Below are positions 38,722-48,690 of a DNA stretch of 64,000 bases, piece after piece. Position numbers and translations under genes: made by a program. The notes below the pieces were generated by a model. It had not been told where the DNA came from. It saw only the letters and a list, made by a program, of their open reading frames with translations, and ran no database searches. The stretch's first letter is position 1. Each line of letters opens with the position of its first letter. The DNA is from Thermoanaerobaculia bacterium (lineage in GTDB: Bacteria > Acidobacteriota > Thermoanaerobaculia > Multivoradales > Multivoraceae), in NCBI GenBank assembly GCA_942492505.1, contig CALOFD010000012.1, positions 23,514-87,513 on the forward strand, read 5' to 3'.

Positions 38722-39508
38722 TCAAGGTCGGGGGTTGGCCAGCCGCTCCTGGAGGCAGCGCGCGAACGGCCCACGTCGATCGTACTGCGTCACCTCGACC
38801 AGTCCCAGCCCCTCGATTTCGGCATGCGAATCGAGCTGCAGACCGACCCATTCCCCTTCGGGCAGCCGCGCCAGGTGGACCGTCAGATCGGCGTTGATGA
38901 AGCCCGCCCCCGGTCGGTGGCCGCCGGTTCTCGCCCTTCCGGCGAGCGCGTTCGAGAAGTCCGCGATCGCTGCCGCGCGCTGGAAGGCCGAGAGTTCCTC
39001 CCCCTCGACGAGCGCCATCGGCAACCGGATCCAGACCGCCGGGCGCGGCGAGTTGACGGAGATCCAACGGGCCTCGACGCTGTTGTGGAACCCCCGCAGC
39101 GGGATCAGGCCACGAGCGAAGAGTGGTTCCACCGGCGCTTCTTCTCTCCACTCGAGCTCACGGCCGTCGAGTTCGGTCTCTCCACCCTCCGAAGGACGCA
39201 GAAAGAGTGCGGTGGCGCTCGCGGTGACCGTTCCCCTCCACCCGCAGCCTCGCGCTGTAGACCCCGATCCGGCGTCCCTCCCGCTGAACCTCGGCTTCGA
39301 CTTCCACCGCCGCCATGGGGCTCACCCTGAAGAGGTCGACCGTGAGACGAGCCGGCCGCATTCCCTCCGGGGCCAGGCCCTCGAGCGCGCGAGCCAGCAG
39401 GGCCGCCGGAGGCCCTCCGTGTTGCATCCCCTGCACCCAGGGACCATGAGCGAGGTCACTCGGGACGTAGGCCTCCCCCACCGGGGAATAGAGGTGAGAG
39501 GCCATCAC
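38722..39508 (-). CDS. acyl-CoA thioesterase-like (double hot-dog) protein, split by a 1-nt frameshift at a C4 run
   Basis: Track ORFs 39158..39508 and 38722..39132 are the N- and C-terminal halves. Removing one C of CCCC (39233-39236) gives ...RLRVEG|TVTASATALFLRPSEGGETELDGRELEWREEAPVEPLFARGLIPL.... Confidence 0.6.
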
Positions 39509-39513
39509 CGCGC

Positions 39514-40530
39514 TCAGTCAGCGAGCATCTGGGCAACGCGGGCGTCGGTTTCGGGAGACAGTCGCACGCCGACGTGAGCGATCGCATCCGAGGCCATCAG
39601 GGTCGCGATCTCGCCGCAGCGCCGCAGCGACTTCCCATGGGCCAGTCCGGCGAGGAAGCCGGCGGCATAACAGTCTCCCGCCCCCGTCGTGTCGATGACC
39701 TTCGTGGGGATCGAAGGAACGTGGATCACCTGATTCCCCGAAGCGATGTAGGACCCATTGCCGCCGTCGGTGACCACCGAGATCTCGACCGTCCTCGCCA
39801 TCGCGATCGCCGCGTCGCGGGCACCGAATCCGGTCATCATGCGACCCTCTTCGGTATTGGCGAACACGACGTCCATGCCGTCGCGAATCAGCTCGCTCAG
39901 CCGATCCTTCGAGCGGTCGACCGCGAAGGGATCGGCGAGGTCCACGGCGACCTTCGCGCCGGCCTCATGGGCCTTCGACAAGGCCATCTCGATCGCTTCG
40001 ATCTGGTTCGGGGTGTCCCACATGTAACCCGTAGTGAAGAAGATGCGGCAATCGCGGATATCGGCCTCCGGCAGATGCTCCTTGCCGTACTCACGACAGA
40101 CACCGAGATGCGTGTTCATGGTTCGCTCGCCATCGTCGCTGACCAGGACCACCGAGGTCCCGGTCGCGCCCTTGACCATCGCCAATCGGTCCTTGACTCC
40201 GGCTTCGTTGAGCTCGTAGGAGAACAGGGATCCATGGAGGTCCGGCCCGACCGCCGAGCTGTAGCTCGTGCGACAGCCCATCCGGGACGCCATTCGCAGC
40301 ACGTTGGCGCATGACCCGCCGGCTTCGATGTCCGGTTCCATTCCCCCCACGTGCTCGAGAATCACGGCCTGCTCGTCGGTGTCGACGAGTTTCATGGTCC
40401 CCTTGGTCAGCCCGAGTTCACCGAGCCGGGAATCGTCGACTTTCACGAGAAAGTCGAGAATGGCGTTCTCCACGCCGCAGATGTCGAAGGCTCGCTCTTC
40501 TCGTTCGTGATTCCAGAAATCGGTGCTCAT
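39514..40530 (-). CDS. PfkB-family carbohydrate/nucleoside kinase (adenosine-kinase-like)
   Basis: 338-aa ORF with GGSCANV near the N-terminus and DTTGAGDCYAAGFL near the C-terminus. Confidence 0.88.
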   Translation of the reverse strand: MSTDFWNHEREERAFDICGVENAILDFLVKVDDSRLGELGLTKGTMKLVDTDEQAVILEHVGGMEPDIEAGGSCANVLRMASRMGCRTSYSSAVGPDLHGSLFSYELNEAGVKDRLAMVKGATGTSVVLVSDDGERTMNTHLGVCREYGKEHLPEADIRDCRIFFTTGYMWDTPNQIEAIEMALSKAHEAGAKVAVDLADPFAVDRSKDRLSELIRDGMDVVFANTEEGRMMTGFGARDAAIAMARTVEISVVTDGGNGSYIASGNQVIHVPSIPTKVIDTTGAGDCYAAGFLAGLAHGKSLRRCGEIATLMASDAIAHVGVRLSPETDARVAQMLAD

Positions 40531-40722
40531 CCATCTCCTCCAGGTCGGCGGGACTCGTCGCTCGATCCATCGCTCCGGCAGTCCGACGAAGCTCTGCCGC
40601 GACTCGCGATCCCCTCGACTCGGGCTCTCTTCGGCCCCACGTTCCGTCCGGCGGACACTCTATCGACAGCCACCGACGTCGGCAACGAACAACCTGCCTG
40701 AAGCCCGTTCCGCCACGGACCC

Positions 40723-40773
40723 TGACGATCACGAACCGTGACGATCACGAACCGTGACGATCACGAAACCGTG
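40723..40773. repeat. 16-bp tandem repeat x3 (TGACGATCACGAACCG)
   Basis: Copies lie at 40723-38, 40739-54 and 40755-71; the last has one extra A. The last copy contains the stop codon and final codons of the Dabb gene on the minus strand. Confidence 0.85.
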
Positions 40774-41051
40774 TAGTCCTCGACCTTCTTGTCGGCAAGA
40801 ATCGGACCGATCACCGTGGCGAGGAATCGTTGGTGCTCCGGGTGGACCTGATAGGCCGCCAGGGCGTCCTCATCCTCGAAATCCATCAGCAGAGCCAGCG
40901 GATGGGTGTCGTCGCGGATGTTTCGCCCGATGCGAAAATTGAGAACTCCCGGAATCGGAGTCAGGATCTGCCTGGCCCGATCGAGGAAGTGATCCACTTC
41001 CGAGTCCGGGAGTCCGCTGACCAGACGAAGCATGACGATGTGATGGATCAT
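40761..41051 (-). CDS. Dabb (stress-responsive alpha/beta-barrel) family protein
   Basis: MIHHIVMLRL...DHFLDRARQILTPIPGVLNFRIGRNI...ALLMDFEDEDALAAYQVHPEHQRF. I chose the ATG at 41051 rather than the track start at 41123. Confidence 0.78.
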   Translation of the reverse strand: MIHHIVMLRLVSGLPDSEVDHFLDRARQILTPIPGVLNFRIGRNIRDDTHPLALLMDFEDEDALAAYQVHPEHQRFLATVIGPILADKKVEDYTVS

Positions 41052-41280
41052 GGAATGCAGAGTAGCCCAACTGAAGGCTCGGAGAAAGCCAACCCAGGGA
41101 ACGCTCCGCTTCGGCGTCTCCAACGTCTCGGGTACCGGAAGAGGAGATGGCCTGCGCTACGATGCACAATGGACCTTCTGGGCGACCAGGGAATACGACT
41201 CCACGTAACCGGAACCCTGGTTCTGCTTCTGGCCGTCGGCCACGCAGCAACACTTGTGCTTCCATGACCCGGAGAAAGCC

Positions 41281-42057
41281 ATGACATCTTCACCCCGCCT
41301 GGCCCTCGTGACCGGAGGCAGCCGAGGCATCGGACGCGCCATCGCCCTGGCTCTCGCCGAAGACGGCGCCGACGTCGCGGTCAACTACCGGCGTGACCGC
41401 GAGGCGGCCGATGACACTGTCGCCGCAATCCGCCAACTCGGCCGACGCGCCGCGGCCTTCCAGGCCACGATCGGCGATCACGACGAGTGCAGTTCGATGG
41501 TAGAAGCGATTCGGACCGAACTCGGCGACCCCTCGATCGTCGTCCACAACGCCGGTATCGCGAGCCGAGGGATGACCGTCGAAAGACACCGAGCCAGCCG
41601 AACTGGCCCGGCTGTGATGAACGTTCCACGCCCTCGGGCCCCACGATCTGACCGCCATGCTGATCCCGGGCTTCCAGGAGAGTCGGCGTAGCGGCGCGAT
41701 CGTATTCATCTCCTCGGTTGCCACCCTGAACATGGCCGCCCGCGGGGTCCCTACAACATGGGCAAGGCGGCCATGGAAGCCCTCGCCTCCACGCTTGCGA
41801 AGGAGTTGAAGAACGACCACGTGCGAGTCAACGTGGTCGCACCGGGTCTGGTCGAGACCGAGATGGGAAGGCGCCTCGTGAAGGCCCGCTCGGGCGTCGA
41901 GGACCTGAGGGAGCTCGATGCCACGATGCCGTTCGGTCGGGTCTGCCAACCGGAAGACATCGCCAACGCGGTTCGTTTCCTGGTGTCGGAAGGCGCTTCG
42001 TATATCACCGGCGAGAAGATCAACGTCCACGGCGGCGGCCAGGCCGGCCTCAGCTGA
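41281..42057 (+). pseudogene. FabG-like SDR, multiply disrupted
   Basis: The N-terminal part (MTSSPRLALVTGGSRGIGRAIA...NAGI) and the C-terminal part (YNMGKAAMEAL...PGLVETEM...GEKINVHGG) lie in different frames. The middle (DTEPAELARL, TFHALGPHDLTAMLIPGFQESRRSGAIVFISSVA) is in a third frame and carries tandem in-frame TGA TGA (~41614-41619). At least 2 frameshifts are needed. Confidence 0.7.
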
Positions 42058-42090
42058 CCCGTCCTTCTTCCCAGCGGCTCGCCATCCGAT

Positions 42091-43242
42091 TCACGAATCG
42101 GCCGCGGCGGCCAGCGCTGACTCGAGGTCTTCCATCAGGTCCTCGGGCGCTTCGATCCCCACGGAAAGCCTGAGAAGGTCCCTGGGGACCGGTGAGCCGG
42201 CGCTTTCGACACTTGCCCGATGCTCGATCAGGCTCTCGGTTCCTCCGAGCGATGTCGCCTGCTTGATCAGCCGGGTCGAGTTCGCGACCTTCCGGGCCGC
42301 CGATTCCCCGGCTGCCACGCGAAACGACAGGAGCGAACCGAAGCCGCCCTCCATCTGCTTTCTGGCGACCTCGTGCCCGGGATGCGAGGCGAGGCCGGGG
42401 TAGAACACCTGCGACACGCCGGCATGACGGTCGAGGAACTCCGCAACCCTCTGGGCACCCGCGCTGGCAGCTTCGACGCGCACGAAAAGCGTTCTCATGC
42501 CACGTAACAGCAACCAGGCCTCGAACGGGCCCATCACGCCACCCCGGCGCGACCGCTGCGTCCGGATCCGCTTCCAAAGGTCAGTCGACGCTGCGTTCGT
42601 GGTCAAGCTTCCACCGAGAACGTCGCTGTGCCCGTTGAGCGACTTGGTCGCCGAATGGTGAACGATGTCGACGCCGAACTCGAGAGGGCGAGTATGAACG
42701 GGCGTTGCCACCGTGCTGTCGGCCACCACCGTGGCCCCGGCCCCATGCCCCAATCTCGCCGCCTCGCGAAGATCGACGATCTCCATCGTCGGATTGGCGG
42801 GCGTCTCGAGCCAGAGCAGATCCGCGCCGCCGGCGAGCGCCCTCGCCATGGAGTCGAGATCCCCATTCTCGACCAGCACCAGCGAAAAGGCTCCGGCTTC
42901 AGCACGCTCCGTCATCCACGAACGCAGAGCCCAGTACATGACCTCCGGCGCGATCACGCGCGCCCCGGCGCGCAGCGAGTCGATCACGGCCGCTGCGGCA
43001 GCCATTCCCGACGCGAACACCAGGCTCTCTTCTCCACCTTCGAGCAGGCTCAACAACCGCTCCACCGGCTGGTATCCGGGGTTCTCGTCGCGAGTGTAGG
43101 AAGCGCCGCCCGGATAGCCCCCGTCGACACCCCTCTCGTAGGTGGTCGACGGATGGATCGGCGCAACCAGGTCGCGGTGGGTCGGATCGACGTCACCGCC
43201 CGCCTGGGCTGCCAGGGACCGTCGATCTCGAGGGGAACTCAT
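42091..43242 (-). CDS. PLP-dependent trans-sulfuration enzyme (cystathionine gamma-synthase / beta- or gamma-lyase family)
   Basis: 383-aa [15 protein letters not shown] (PLP lysine) and the overall Cys/Met-metabolism fold sequence support the call. Confidence 0.88.
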   Translation of the reverse strand: MSSPRDRRSLAAQAGGDVDPTHRDLVAPIHPSTTYERGVDGGYPGGASYTRDENPGYQPVERLLSLLEGGEESLVFASGMAAAAAVIDSLRAGARVIAPEVMYWALRSWMTERAEAGAFSLVLVENGDLDSMARALAGGADLLWLETPANPTMEIVDLREAARLGHGAGATVVADSTVATPVHTRPLEFGVDIVHHSATKSLNGHSDVLGGSLTTNAASTDLWKRIRTQRSRRGGVMGPFEAWLLLRGMRTLFVRVEAASAGAQRVAEFLDRHAGVSQVFYPGLASHPGHEVARKQMEGGFGSLLSFRVAAGESAARKVANSTRLIKQATSLGGTESLIEHRASVESAGSPVPRDLLRLSVGIEAPEDLMEDLESALAAAADS

Positions 43243-43376
43243 GGGGTCAGCCTACTGAGCCGCCGTCGCCCTCGCAACCGTGGGGATCCGCTTGCCGTAC
43301 GCCATCGGGGATATCATCGCGACCCCGGCGGGCCTTCGTGCAGCGCCAGAGTCGAGAACCCTTCAGGAGATCACCC

Positions 43377-44507
43377 ATGGGACCGCTAACAGGAATCAAA
43401 GTCATCGAGATCGCCGGCATCGGCCCCGGTCCGTGGTGCGCCATGATGCTCTCGGACATGGGCGCCGAAGTGGTCCGAATCGATCGCAAGTCTGCCGCCG
43501 GTCAGGGGTCTCCCTACAACGTCCTCAACCGTGGCCGTCGCTCGATCGCGCTCGATCTCAAGACGCCCGCCGCGATCGCGGCCCTGCTCGACATGGTCGA
43601 GAAGGCCGATGTCCTGATGGAAGGTTTCCGACCCGGAGTCATGGAGCGCCTCGGCCTCGGACCCGAGATCTGCCTGCAGCGAAACCCCAGACTGGTTTTC
43701 GGAAGAATGACGGGATGGGGCCAGACCGGTCCTCTCGCCAACGCTGCCGGACACGACATCAACTACATCTCCCTGTCCGGCGTACTCCATTCGATCGGCC
43801 GCCCGGGCGAGAACCCGGTTCCGCCGTTGAACCTCGTCGGCGACTTCGGTGGTGGAGGAATGCTGCTCGCCTTCGGCATCGTCTGCGCCATCCTGCAGGC
43901 TCGAGAGAGCGGCAGCGGGCAGGTCGTCGACGCCGCCATGACGGACGGCTCTGCACTGCTGATGGCGGCCATCTATGGAATGAAGGCGATGGGGGCCTGG
44001 ACCAACGACAAGGGCACCAACATCCTCGACGGCGGCGCCCCCTTCTACGACGCCTACCAATGCTCCGACGGACGCTGGATCTCCCTGGGCTCGATCGAGC
44101 CGCAGTTCTACGCCCTTCTTCGCGACAAGGCCGCACTCACCGACGACACCTTCGACGACCAGATGAACCGTGAGAACTGGCCCCCGACGAAAGCCGCCCT
44201 CGCAGCCGTCATCAAGACGAAGAGCCGTGCCGAGTGGTGCGAGATCATGGAAGGCAGCGACGTCTGCTTCGCTCCGATCCTGGATCTCGACGAAGCTCCC
44301 CGCCACCCCCACAATGCGGCACGCAAGACCTTCGTCGAAGTCGAGGGAGTCATGCAGCCGAACGCGGCTCCGAGATTCTCCAGGACCCCGGGTGCGATCC
44401 AGTCGCCACCGCCGAAGGCCGGCGAGAACACCGAGGACGCCCTGCGCGACTGGGGATTCGACGACGACGCGCTCGCCGCCCTCCGCGAGGCCGGAGCAAT
44501 CGGGTGA
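43377..44507 (+). CDS. family III CoA-transferase (CaiB/BaiF; alpha-methylacyl-CoA racemase-like)
   Basis: AGGAGA lies 6 nt upstream of the ATG at 43377. The product begins [37 protein letters not shown]. Confidence 0.88.
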   Translation: MGPLTGIKVIEIAGIGPGPWCAMMLSDMGAEVVRIDRKSAAGQGSPYNVLNRGRRSIALDLKTPAAIAALLDMVEKADVLMEGFRPGVMERLGLGPEICLQRNPRLVFGRMTGWGQTGPLANAAGHDINYISLSGVLHSIGRPGENPVPPLNLVGDFGGGGMLLAFGIVCAILQARESGSGQVVDAAMTDGSALLMAAIYGMKAMGAWTNDKGTNILDGGAPFYDAYQCSDGRWISLGSIEPQFYALLRDKAALTDDTFDDQMNRENWPPTKAALAAVIKTKSRAEWCEIMEGSDVCFAPILDLDEAPRHPHNAARKTFVEVEGVMQPNAAPRFSRTPGAIQSPPPKAGENTEDALRDWGFDDDALAALREAGAIG

Positions 44508-46144
44508 CCGACCTGGCAAGCCGAGCTGCCGAGGGAAACGCTCCACCGCCGCGATCCGGCCTCGAAGACCTGACCTTCGACAACCGATTCGTCGAAGAGC
44601 TGCCGGCCGATCTGGAACGCCTTGGCGGCCCTCGACAGGTGACTGGCGCCGTGTTCTCGTGGGTCGAGCCGGAGAGCGTTGCCGCGCCCTCCCTGGTGGC
44701 GTTCTCGCAGGAAGTCGCCGACGACCTCGGACTGACAGCGGAGGACTGCCTCACTCGAGAGTTCGCCGAAGTCTTCTCCGGCAATCGCCTCCTTCCCGGC
44801 ATGAAGCCCTGGGCGACCTGCTACGGCGGCCACCAGTTCGGCAACTGGGCCGGCCAGCTCGGCGACGGCCGCGCCATCAACCTCGGTGAGGTCGTGCGCC
44901 CCGAAGGACGCCTGACCCTCCAACTCAAGGGCGCAGGGCCGACGCCCTACTCGAGAACCGCCGACGGACGGGCAGTCCTCAGGTCCTCCGTCCGCGAATT
45001 CCTCTGCAGCGAAGCGATGCATCACCTGGGCATCCCGACCACCCGGGCCCTGTCTCTCACGCTGACGGGAGACTCCGTCGTCCGCGACATGTTCTACGAC
45101 GGCAATCCGATTGCCGAAAGAGGCGCGATCGTCTGTCGTGTTTCGAGTTCGTTCACCCGCTTCGGCCACTTCGAGCTTCCGGCCGTTCGCGGCGAACTCG
45201 ACGTCCTGCGGGGCCTCGTCGACTACACGATTCGTCACGACTACCCTCATCTCGGCGAGCCCTCGAAGCAGGTCTACCAGCGATGGTTCGAGGAGGTCTG
45301 CGAACGCACCGCCGAGATGATCGTTCACTGGAGCCGCGTCGGCTTCGTGCATGGGGTCATGAACACCGACAACATGTCCATCCTGGGACAGACGATCGAC
45401 TACGGACCGTATGGCTGGATCGAAGACTACGATCCGGATTGGACGCCCAACACCACCGATGCCAGCGGCCGCAGATATCGCTTCGGGAACCAGTCGCAGG
45501 TCGCGCTGTGGAATCTCAGTCGGCTGGCTCACGCGATCTACCCCCTGGTCGAAGAGGAGGAACCCTTCAGGGCGGCCTTCGAGTCCTACCAGTCCACCCA
45601 CCAGAAGCTGTGGAACCGGATGATGGTCTCGAAACTGGGGCTGCGTGACTTCGAGGACGGCGACGCGGAATTGATCGCCGAGTGCCTCGGAATCCTGAGC
45701 CTGGTCGAGACCGACATGACGATCTTCTTCCGGAGACTCGCGCAGGTGCCTCTGGCCTCGGTCGAGCCCGACTTGCCCACGGGCGTTTCGAGCGACGCTC
45801 TCCTCGACGCCTACTACGTCCCAGAGCAGCGCTCCCTGGACTACGAAGAGCGCTTCGAGCAGTGGCTGCGAAGCTACGCCCAACGCCTGCGTCGGGACGG
45901 CCGAAGCGACCTCGAGCGACAAACGGCGATGGACCGCGTGAATCCCAACTACGTCCTGCGCAACTACCTCGCCCAGCTCGCGATCGACCGGGCCGACGAA
46001 GGCGACTTCACGCCGGTTCGTGACCTGCTCGAGGTGCTCCGAAAGCCCTATGAGAGGCAGGAGGGGCGCGAGGATTTCGAAGGTCGCCGACCGGAATGGG
46101 CTCGCCATCGGCCGGGATGCTCGATGCTCTCCTGCAGCTCCTGA
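44504..46144 (+). CDS. selO: SelO/YdiU-family protein adenylyltransferase (AMPylase)
   Basis: The GTG at 44504 overlaps the preceding stop (GTGA). Contains [49 protein letters not shown] and [12 protein letters not shown]. Confidence 0.9.
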   Translation: MTDLASRAAEGNAPPPRSGLEDLTFDNRFVEELPADLERLGGPRQVTGAVFSWVEPESVAAPSLVAFSQEVADDLGLTAEDCLTREFAEVFSGNRLLPGMKPWATCYGGHQFGNWAGQLGDGRAINLGEVVRPEGRLTLQLKGAGPTPYSRTADGRAVLRSSVREFLCSEAMHHLGIPTTRALSLTLTGDSVVRDMFYDGNPIAERGAIVCRVSSSFTRFGHFELPAVRGELDVLRGLVDYTIRHDYPHLGEPSKQVYQRWFEEVCERTAEMIVHWSRVGFVHGVMNTDNMSILGQTIDYGPYGWIEDYDPDWTPNTTDASGRRYRFGNQSQVALWNLSRLAHAIYPLVEEEEPFRAAFESYQSTHQKLWNRMMVSKLGLRDFEDGDAELIAECLGILSLVETDMTIFFRRLAQVPLASVEPDLPTGVSSDALLDAYYVPEQRSLDYEERFEQWLRSYAQRLRRDGRSDLERQTAMDRVNPNYVLRNYLAQLAIDRADEGDFTPVRDLLEVLRKPYERQEGREDFEGRRPEWARHRPGCSMLSCSS

Positions 46145-46160
46145 AACCGCCTCCCGGAGA

Positions 46161-46775
46161 TCAGCGAAGAGGGTACGGCTCGGAGGCCGCGAGAAGATCC
46201 GCGATCTTCTCGGCCCACTTGCCCTGCTGCTTCTTCCTCAGGCCGTTCCCGGTCTCCCCGTCGTAGGTCAGCTGCATCGTTCCGAGTCGCTCGATGAGCG
46301 CCTCGTAGGCCAGCTGTACTTTGTCGAAGAGGTCCTCCGAGGCAGCGCGCCGGTCCGCGCCGACACCCTCGATCACCGCCATCTCCTGAGCGAACTGCCG
46401 AGCGTGCAACTCCGTGATGTCGAAGTGCCGTTGCTCGTGGGCCAACGTGTAGTCGTTGCGAGCGCCGGTTCGAACTCCCGAGTTCAGCTTGTCCATGTAG
46501 GCGTAGACAGCGGGGAACCTGGGGCGCGCCACGAAACCGTCATCGACCCGTTCGAAGTCGGTTTCGAAGGGCTCGAGGATGACCGTCGAGCGAATCCAGG
46601 CGGCCTGTTGCCCGTTGACGACGGGTCCCCTGAAATCGTCCCAGGACAGCGTCTTGTAGGTGCAGTTGGCTTCGTGGTCGACTCGTGGCACGGCGAAGCC
46701 GACGCCCGACGCCACGACGAACGTCAGCAACCAGGCACAAGCCCCCAGGCGGGGCAATCGGGGGCTCCTTCTCAC
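46161..46775 (-). CDS. secreted HExxH metalloprotease-like protein (DUF922-like)
   Basis: The GTG at 46775 gives a signal-like N-terminus (RRSPRLPRLGACAWLLTFVVASGVGFA). Contains HEQRH. The family name is from memory. Confidence 0.6.
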   Translation of the reverse strand: MRRSPRLPRLGACAWLLTFVVASGVGFAVPRVDHEANCTYKTLSWDDFRGPVVNGQQAAWIRSTVILEPFETDFERVDDGFVARPRFPAVYAYMDKLNSGVRTGARNDYTLAHEQRHFDITELHARQFAQEMAVIEGVGADRRAASEDLFDKVQLAYEALIERLGTMQLTYDGETGNGLRKKQQGKWAEKIADLLAASEPYPLR

Positions 46776-46831
46776 TGCCTGGACTAAACTCCGCCCCCGC
46801 GCCCAGTATTCCTCTCTCCTCCCGCCACACC

Positions 46832-47662
46832 ATGAAGAAACTTCGGATCGTCTCCTGGAACGTGAACGGGCTTCGAGCCTGCGCCCGCAAGGGGTTCCTG
46901 GAGTGGCTGGCGACCAGTCGCAGCCAGATCGTCGGCCTCCAGGAGGTGCGCGCCCTGCCCGAACAACTCGAGCCCGAGCTTCGTCGGCCACCGCGCTGGT
47001 ACACCCACTTCGCGCCCGCGCAACGCAAGGGCTACAGCGGGGTCGGCCTCTACAGTCGACGGCGACCCGATACGGTGGTCGATCGGCTCGGCGTCGAACG
47101 CTTCGATCGCGAAGGCCGGGTCCAGATCGCACGCTTCGGCCGCCTGATCGTCGCGAATGTCTACTTCCCGAAGGGCTCGGGAACGCAACGCGACAACAGC
47201 CGAGTTCCCTACAAGCTCGACTTCTATCGCGAACTCTTCGACCTGCTCCAGGGTCTGCGAAAGGGCGGCTACCGCGTCCTGGTGATGGGCGACTTCAATA
47301 CCGCCCATCACGAGATCGATCTCGCTCGACCGACGTCCAACCGCAAGAACTCGGGGTTCCTGCCCGAAGAGCGCGAACTCGACCGCTGGGTCGAGGCCGG
47401 CTGGGTGGATACCTTCCGCCACTTCCAACCCGAAGACCGGGTCTACTCCTGGTGGAGCCAGCGTTTCGGCCTCCGGGATCGCGACGTCGGCTGGCGCATC
47501 GACTACGTCTTCGCCTCACCCGCGGCTCTTCGCTATGCTCGCAAGGCGTTCATCCTGACCGAGGTCACGGGTTCCGACCACTGCCCCGTCGGTCTGGAGG
47601 TGGACGCCGAGATCATCGAACTGAGCCGCCACAATCCCCGGCCACGGCCCCCTGGAGACTGA
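46832..47662 (+). CDS. xth: exodeoxyribonuclease III
   Basis: MKKLRIVSWNVNGLRA...GLQEV...GDFNTAHHEIDL...WRIDYVF...SDHCPV. Confidence 0.93.
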   Translation: MKKLRIVSWNVNGLRACARKGFLEWLATSRSQIVGLQEVRALPEQLEPELRRPPRWYTHFAPAQRKGYSGVGLYSRRRPDTVVDRLGVERFDREGRVQIARFGRLIVANVYFPKGSGTQRDNSRVPYKLDFYRELFDLLQGLRKGGYRVLVMGDFNTAHHEIDLARPTSNRKNSGFLPEERELDRWVEAGWVDTFRHFQPEDRVYSWWSQRFGLRDRDVGWRIDYVFASPAALRYARKAFILTEVTGSDHCPVGLEVDAEIIELSRHNPRPRPPGD

Positions 47663-47666
47663 ATCC

Positions 47667-48662
47667 ATGACCTACCGCATCTTCGGGTCGGAACTCTCGC
47701 CCTACTCCGTCAAGGTGCGGTCTTTCGCCCGCTACAAGAACATCGATCACGAGTGGATCGTGCGCTCGGCGGCGGTCAGCGATGAGTTCGCCAGGTACGC
47801 CCGACTGCCACTGGTCCCCCTCGTCGTCACGCCCGAAGACGAGGGAATGCAGGACTCGACTCCGATCATGGAGACCCTCGAGGAACGCTTCCCGGAACCG
47901 AGCGTGATGCCGAAGGATCCCGTTCTCGGCTTTCTCTCTGCGCTGCTCGAGGAGTACGCAGACGAATGGGGCAACAAGCCCATGTTCCACTATCGCTGGG
48001 CCTACGAAGCCGATCAGATCTCGACCGCCGAGCGCATCGCAGCCTCGACCCTGGGCGCCGATGCCGGCTCCGAAACCGTCGCCGAGGCCGCAGCGCGCAT
48101 CCGAGAGCGGATGGTCGCACGTCGCAGCTTCGTCGGTTCACACGACGGAACCGCAGAACAGATCGAAGGCTCCTTCAAGACCCTGGTGGAACTCCTCGAC
48201 CGGCACCTCGAATCGAGACCCTACGTCCTCGGCGGCCGGCCGGGCATGGCCGATTTCGGTCTCTGGGCCCAGCTCTACGAAGCCAGCACGGACCCGACGC
48301 CCGGCGAGTATCTGCGGGCGAACTCGACGTATCTGATGCCCTGGATCGAAACGATGCTCTCCCCCTCGCCGCAGGGGGAGTTCGAGGACTGGACGACTCT
48401 GGCCGACACTCTCACCCCTCTCTTCCGTCGCGAGGTCTCGGCCCTCTTCCTGCCCTGGAGCCTCGCCAACGCGGCCGCCCTCGAAGCCGGCGAGCCGGAG
48501 TTCACCGTCGTCCTCGACGGTCGTGAGTTCACTCAGGCCACCCAGAAGTACCACGCTCGCTCCCTCGCCGCGCTGCGGTCGAAATACGACCTCTGCAGCG
48601 ACAAGGAACGCCTCGACCCGATCCTCGAAGACCTGGGTTGCCTGGCAGCGATGGCCGGCTGA
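47667..48662 (+). CDS. glutathione S-transferase family protein
   Basis: 331-aa ORF with an N-terminal thioredoxin-like GST domain (ELSPYSVKVRSFARYKNIDHEWI...VPLVVTPEDEGMQDSTPI) and a helical C-terminal domain. Confidence 0.7.
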   Translation: MTYRIFGSELSPYSVKVRSFARYKNIDHEWIVRSAAVSDEFARYARLPLVPLVVTPEDEGMQDSTPIMETLEERFPEPSVMPKDPVLGFLSALLEEYADEWGNKPMFHYRWAYEADQISTAERIAASTLGADAGSETVAEAAARIRERMVARRSFVGSHDGTAEQIEGSFKTLVELLDRHLESRPYVLGGRPGMADFGLWAQLYEASTDPTPGEYLRANSTYLMPWIETMLSPSPQGEFEDWTTLADTLTPLFRREVSALFLPWSLANAAALEAGEPEFTVVLDGREFTQATQKYHARSLAALRSKYDLCSDKERLDPILEDLGCLAAMAG

Positions 48663-48690
48663 ATCGACCGGCGATGAACTCGGTCCGAGA

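Noticed and set aside
37056-38897. 613-aa plus-strand ORF antisense to parE. Likewise 44108..46108 (minus, 666 aa) antisense to selO, 19576-19944 as an N-terminal extension of the M32 peptidase, and 55146..55523 (minus) antisense to the CHAT-1 N-terminus.
   Set aside because: In each case the opposite strand or downstream start carries the recognisable protein family. The alternative product is low-complexity.
33441-39238. Programmed +1 ribosomal frameshifting at AGGGGAACG in the lipoprotein and thioesterase genes.
   Set aside because: The G-run is in a different phase relative to the zero frame in the two genes, and no slow or stop codon context is shared. Similar homopolymer indels occur at unrelated sequences in six other genes, so a sequencing artefact is more parsimonious.
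40531-40722. A possible riboswitch in the ~190-nt 5' leader of the PfkB/adenosine-kinase-like gene, and similarly in the 43243-43376 leader of the trans-sulfuration gene.
   Set aside because: I could not match either leader to any riboswitch consensus (SAM, SAH, purine) from memory. Without a covariance-model scan, a claim would be unsupported.
41614-41619. Tandem in-frame TGA TGA in the FabG-like gene as evidence for TGA recoding (Trp/Gly/Sec).
   Set aside because: Many well-supported genes in the window terminate at TGA exactly where homologues end (egtB, egtD, the CoA-transferase, oppB-like). The FabG-like gene also has frameshifts, so it is better explained as a pseudogene.
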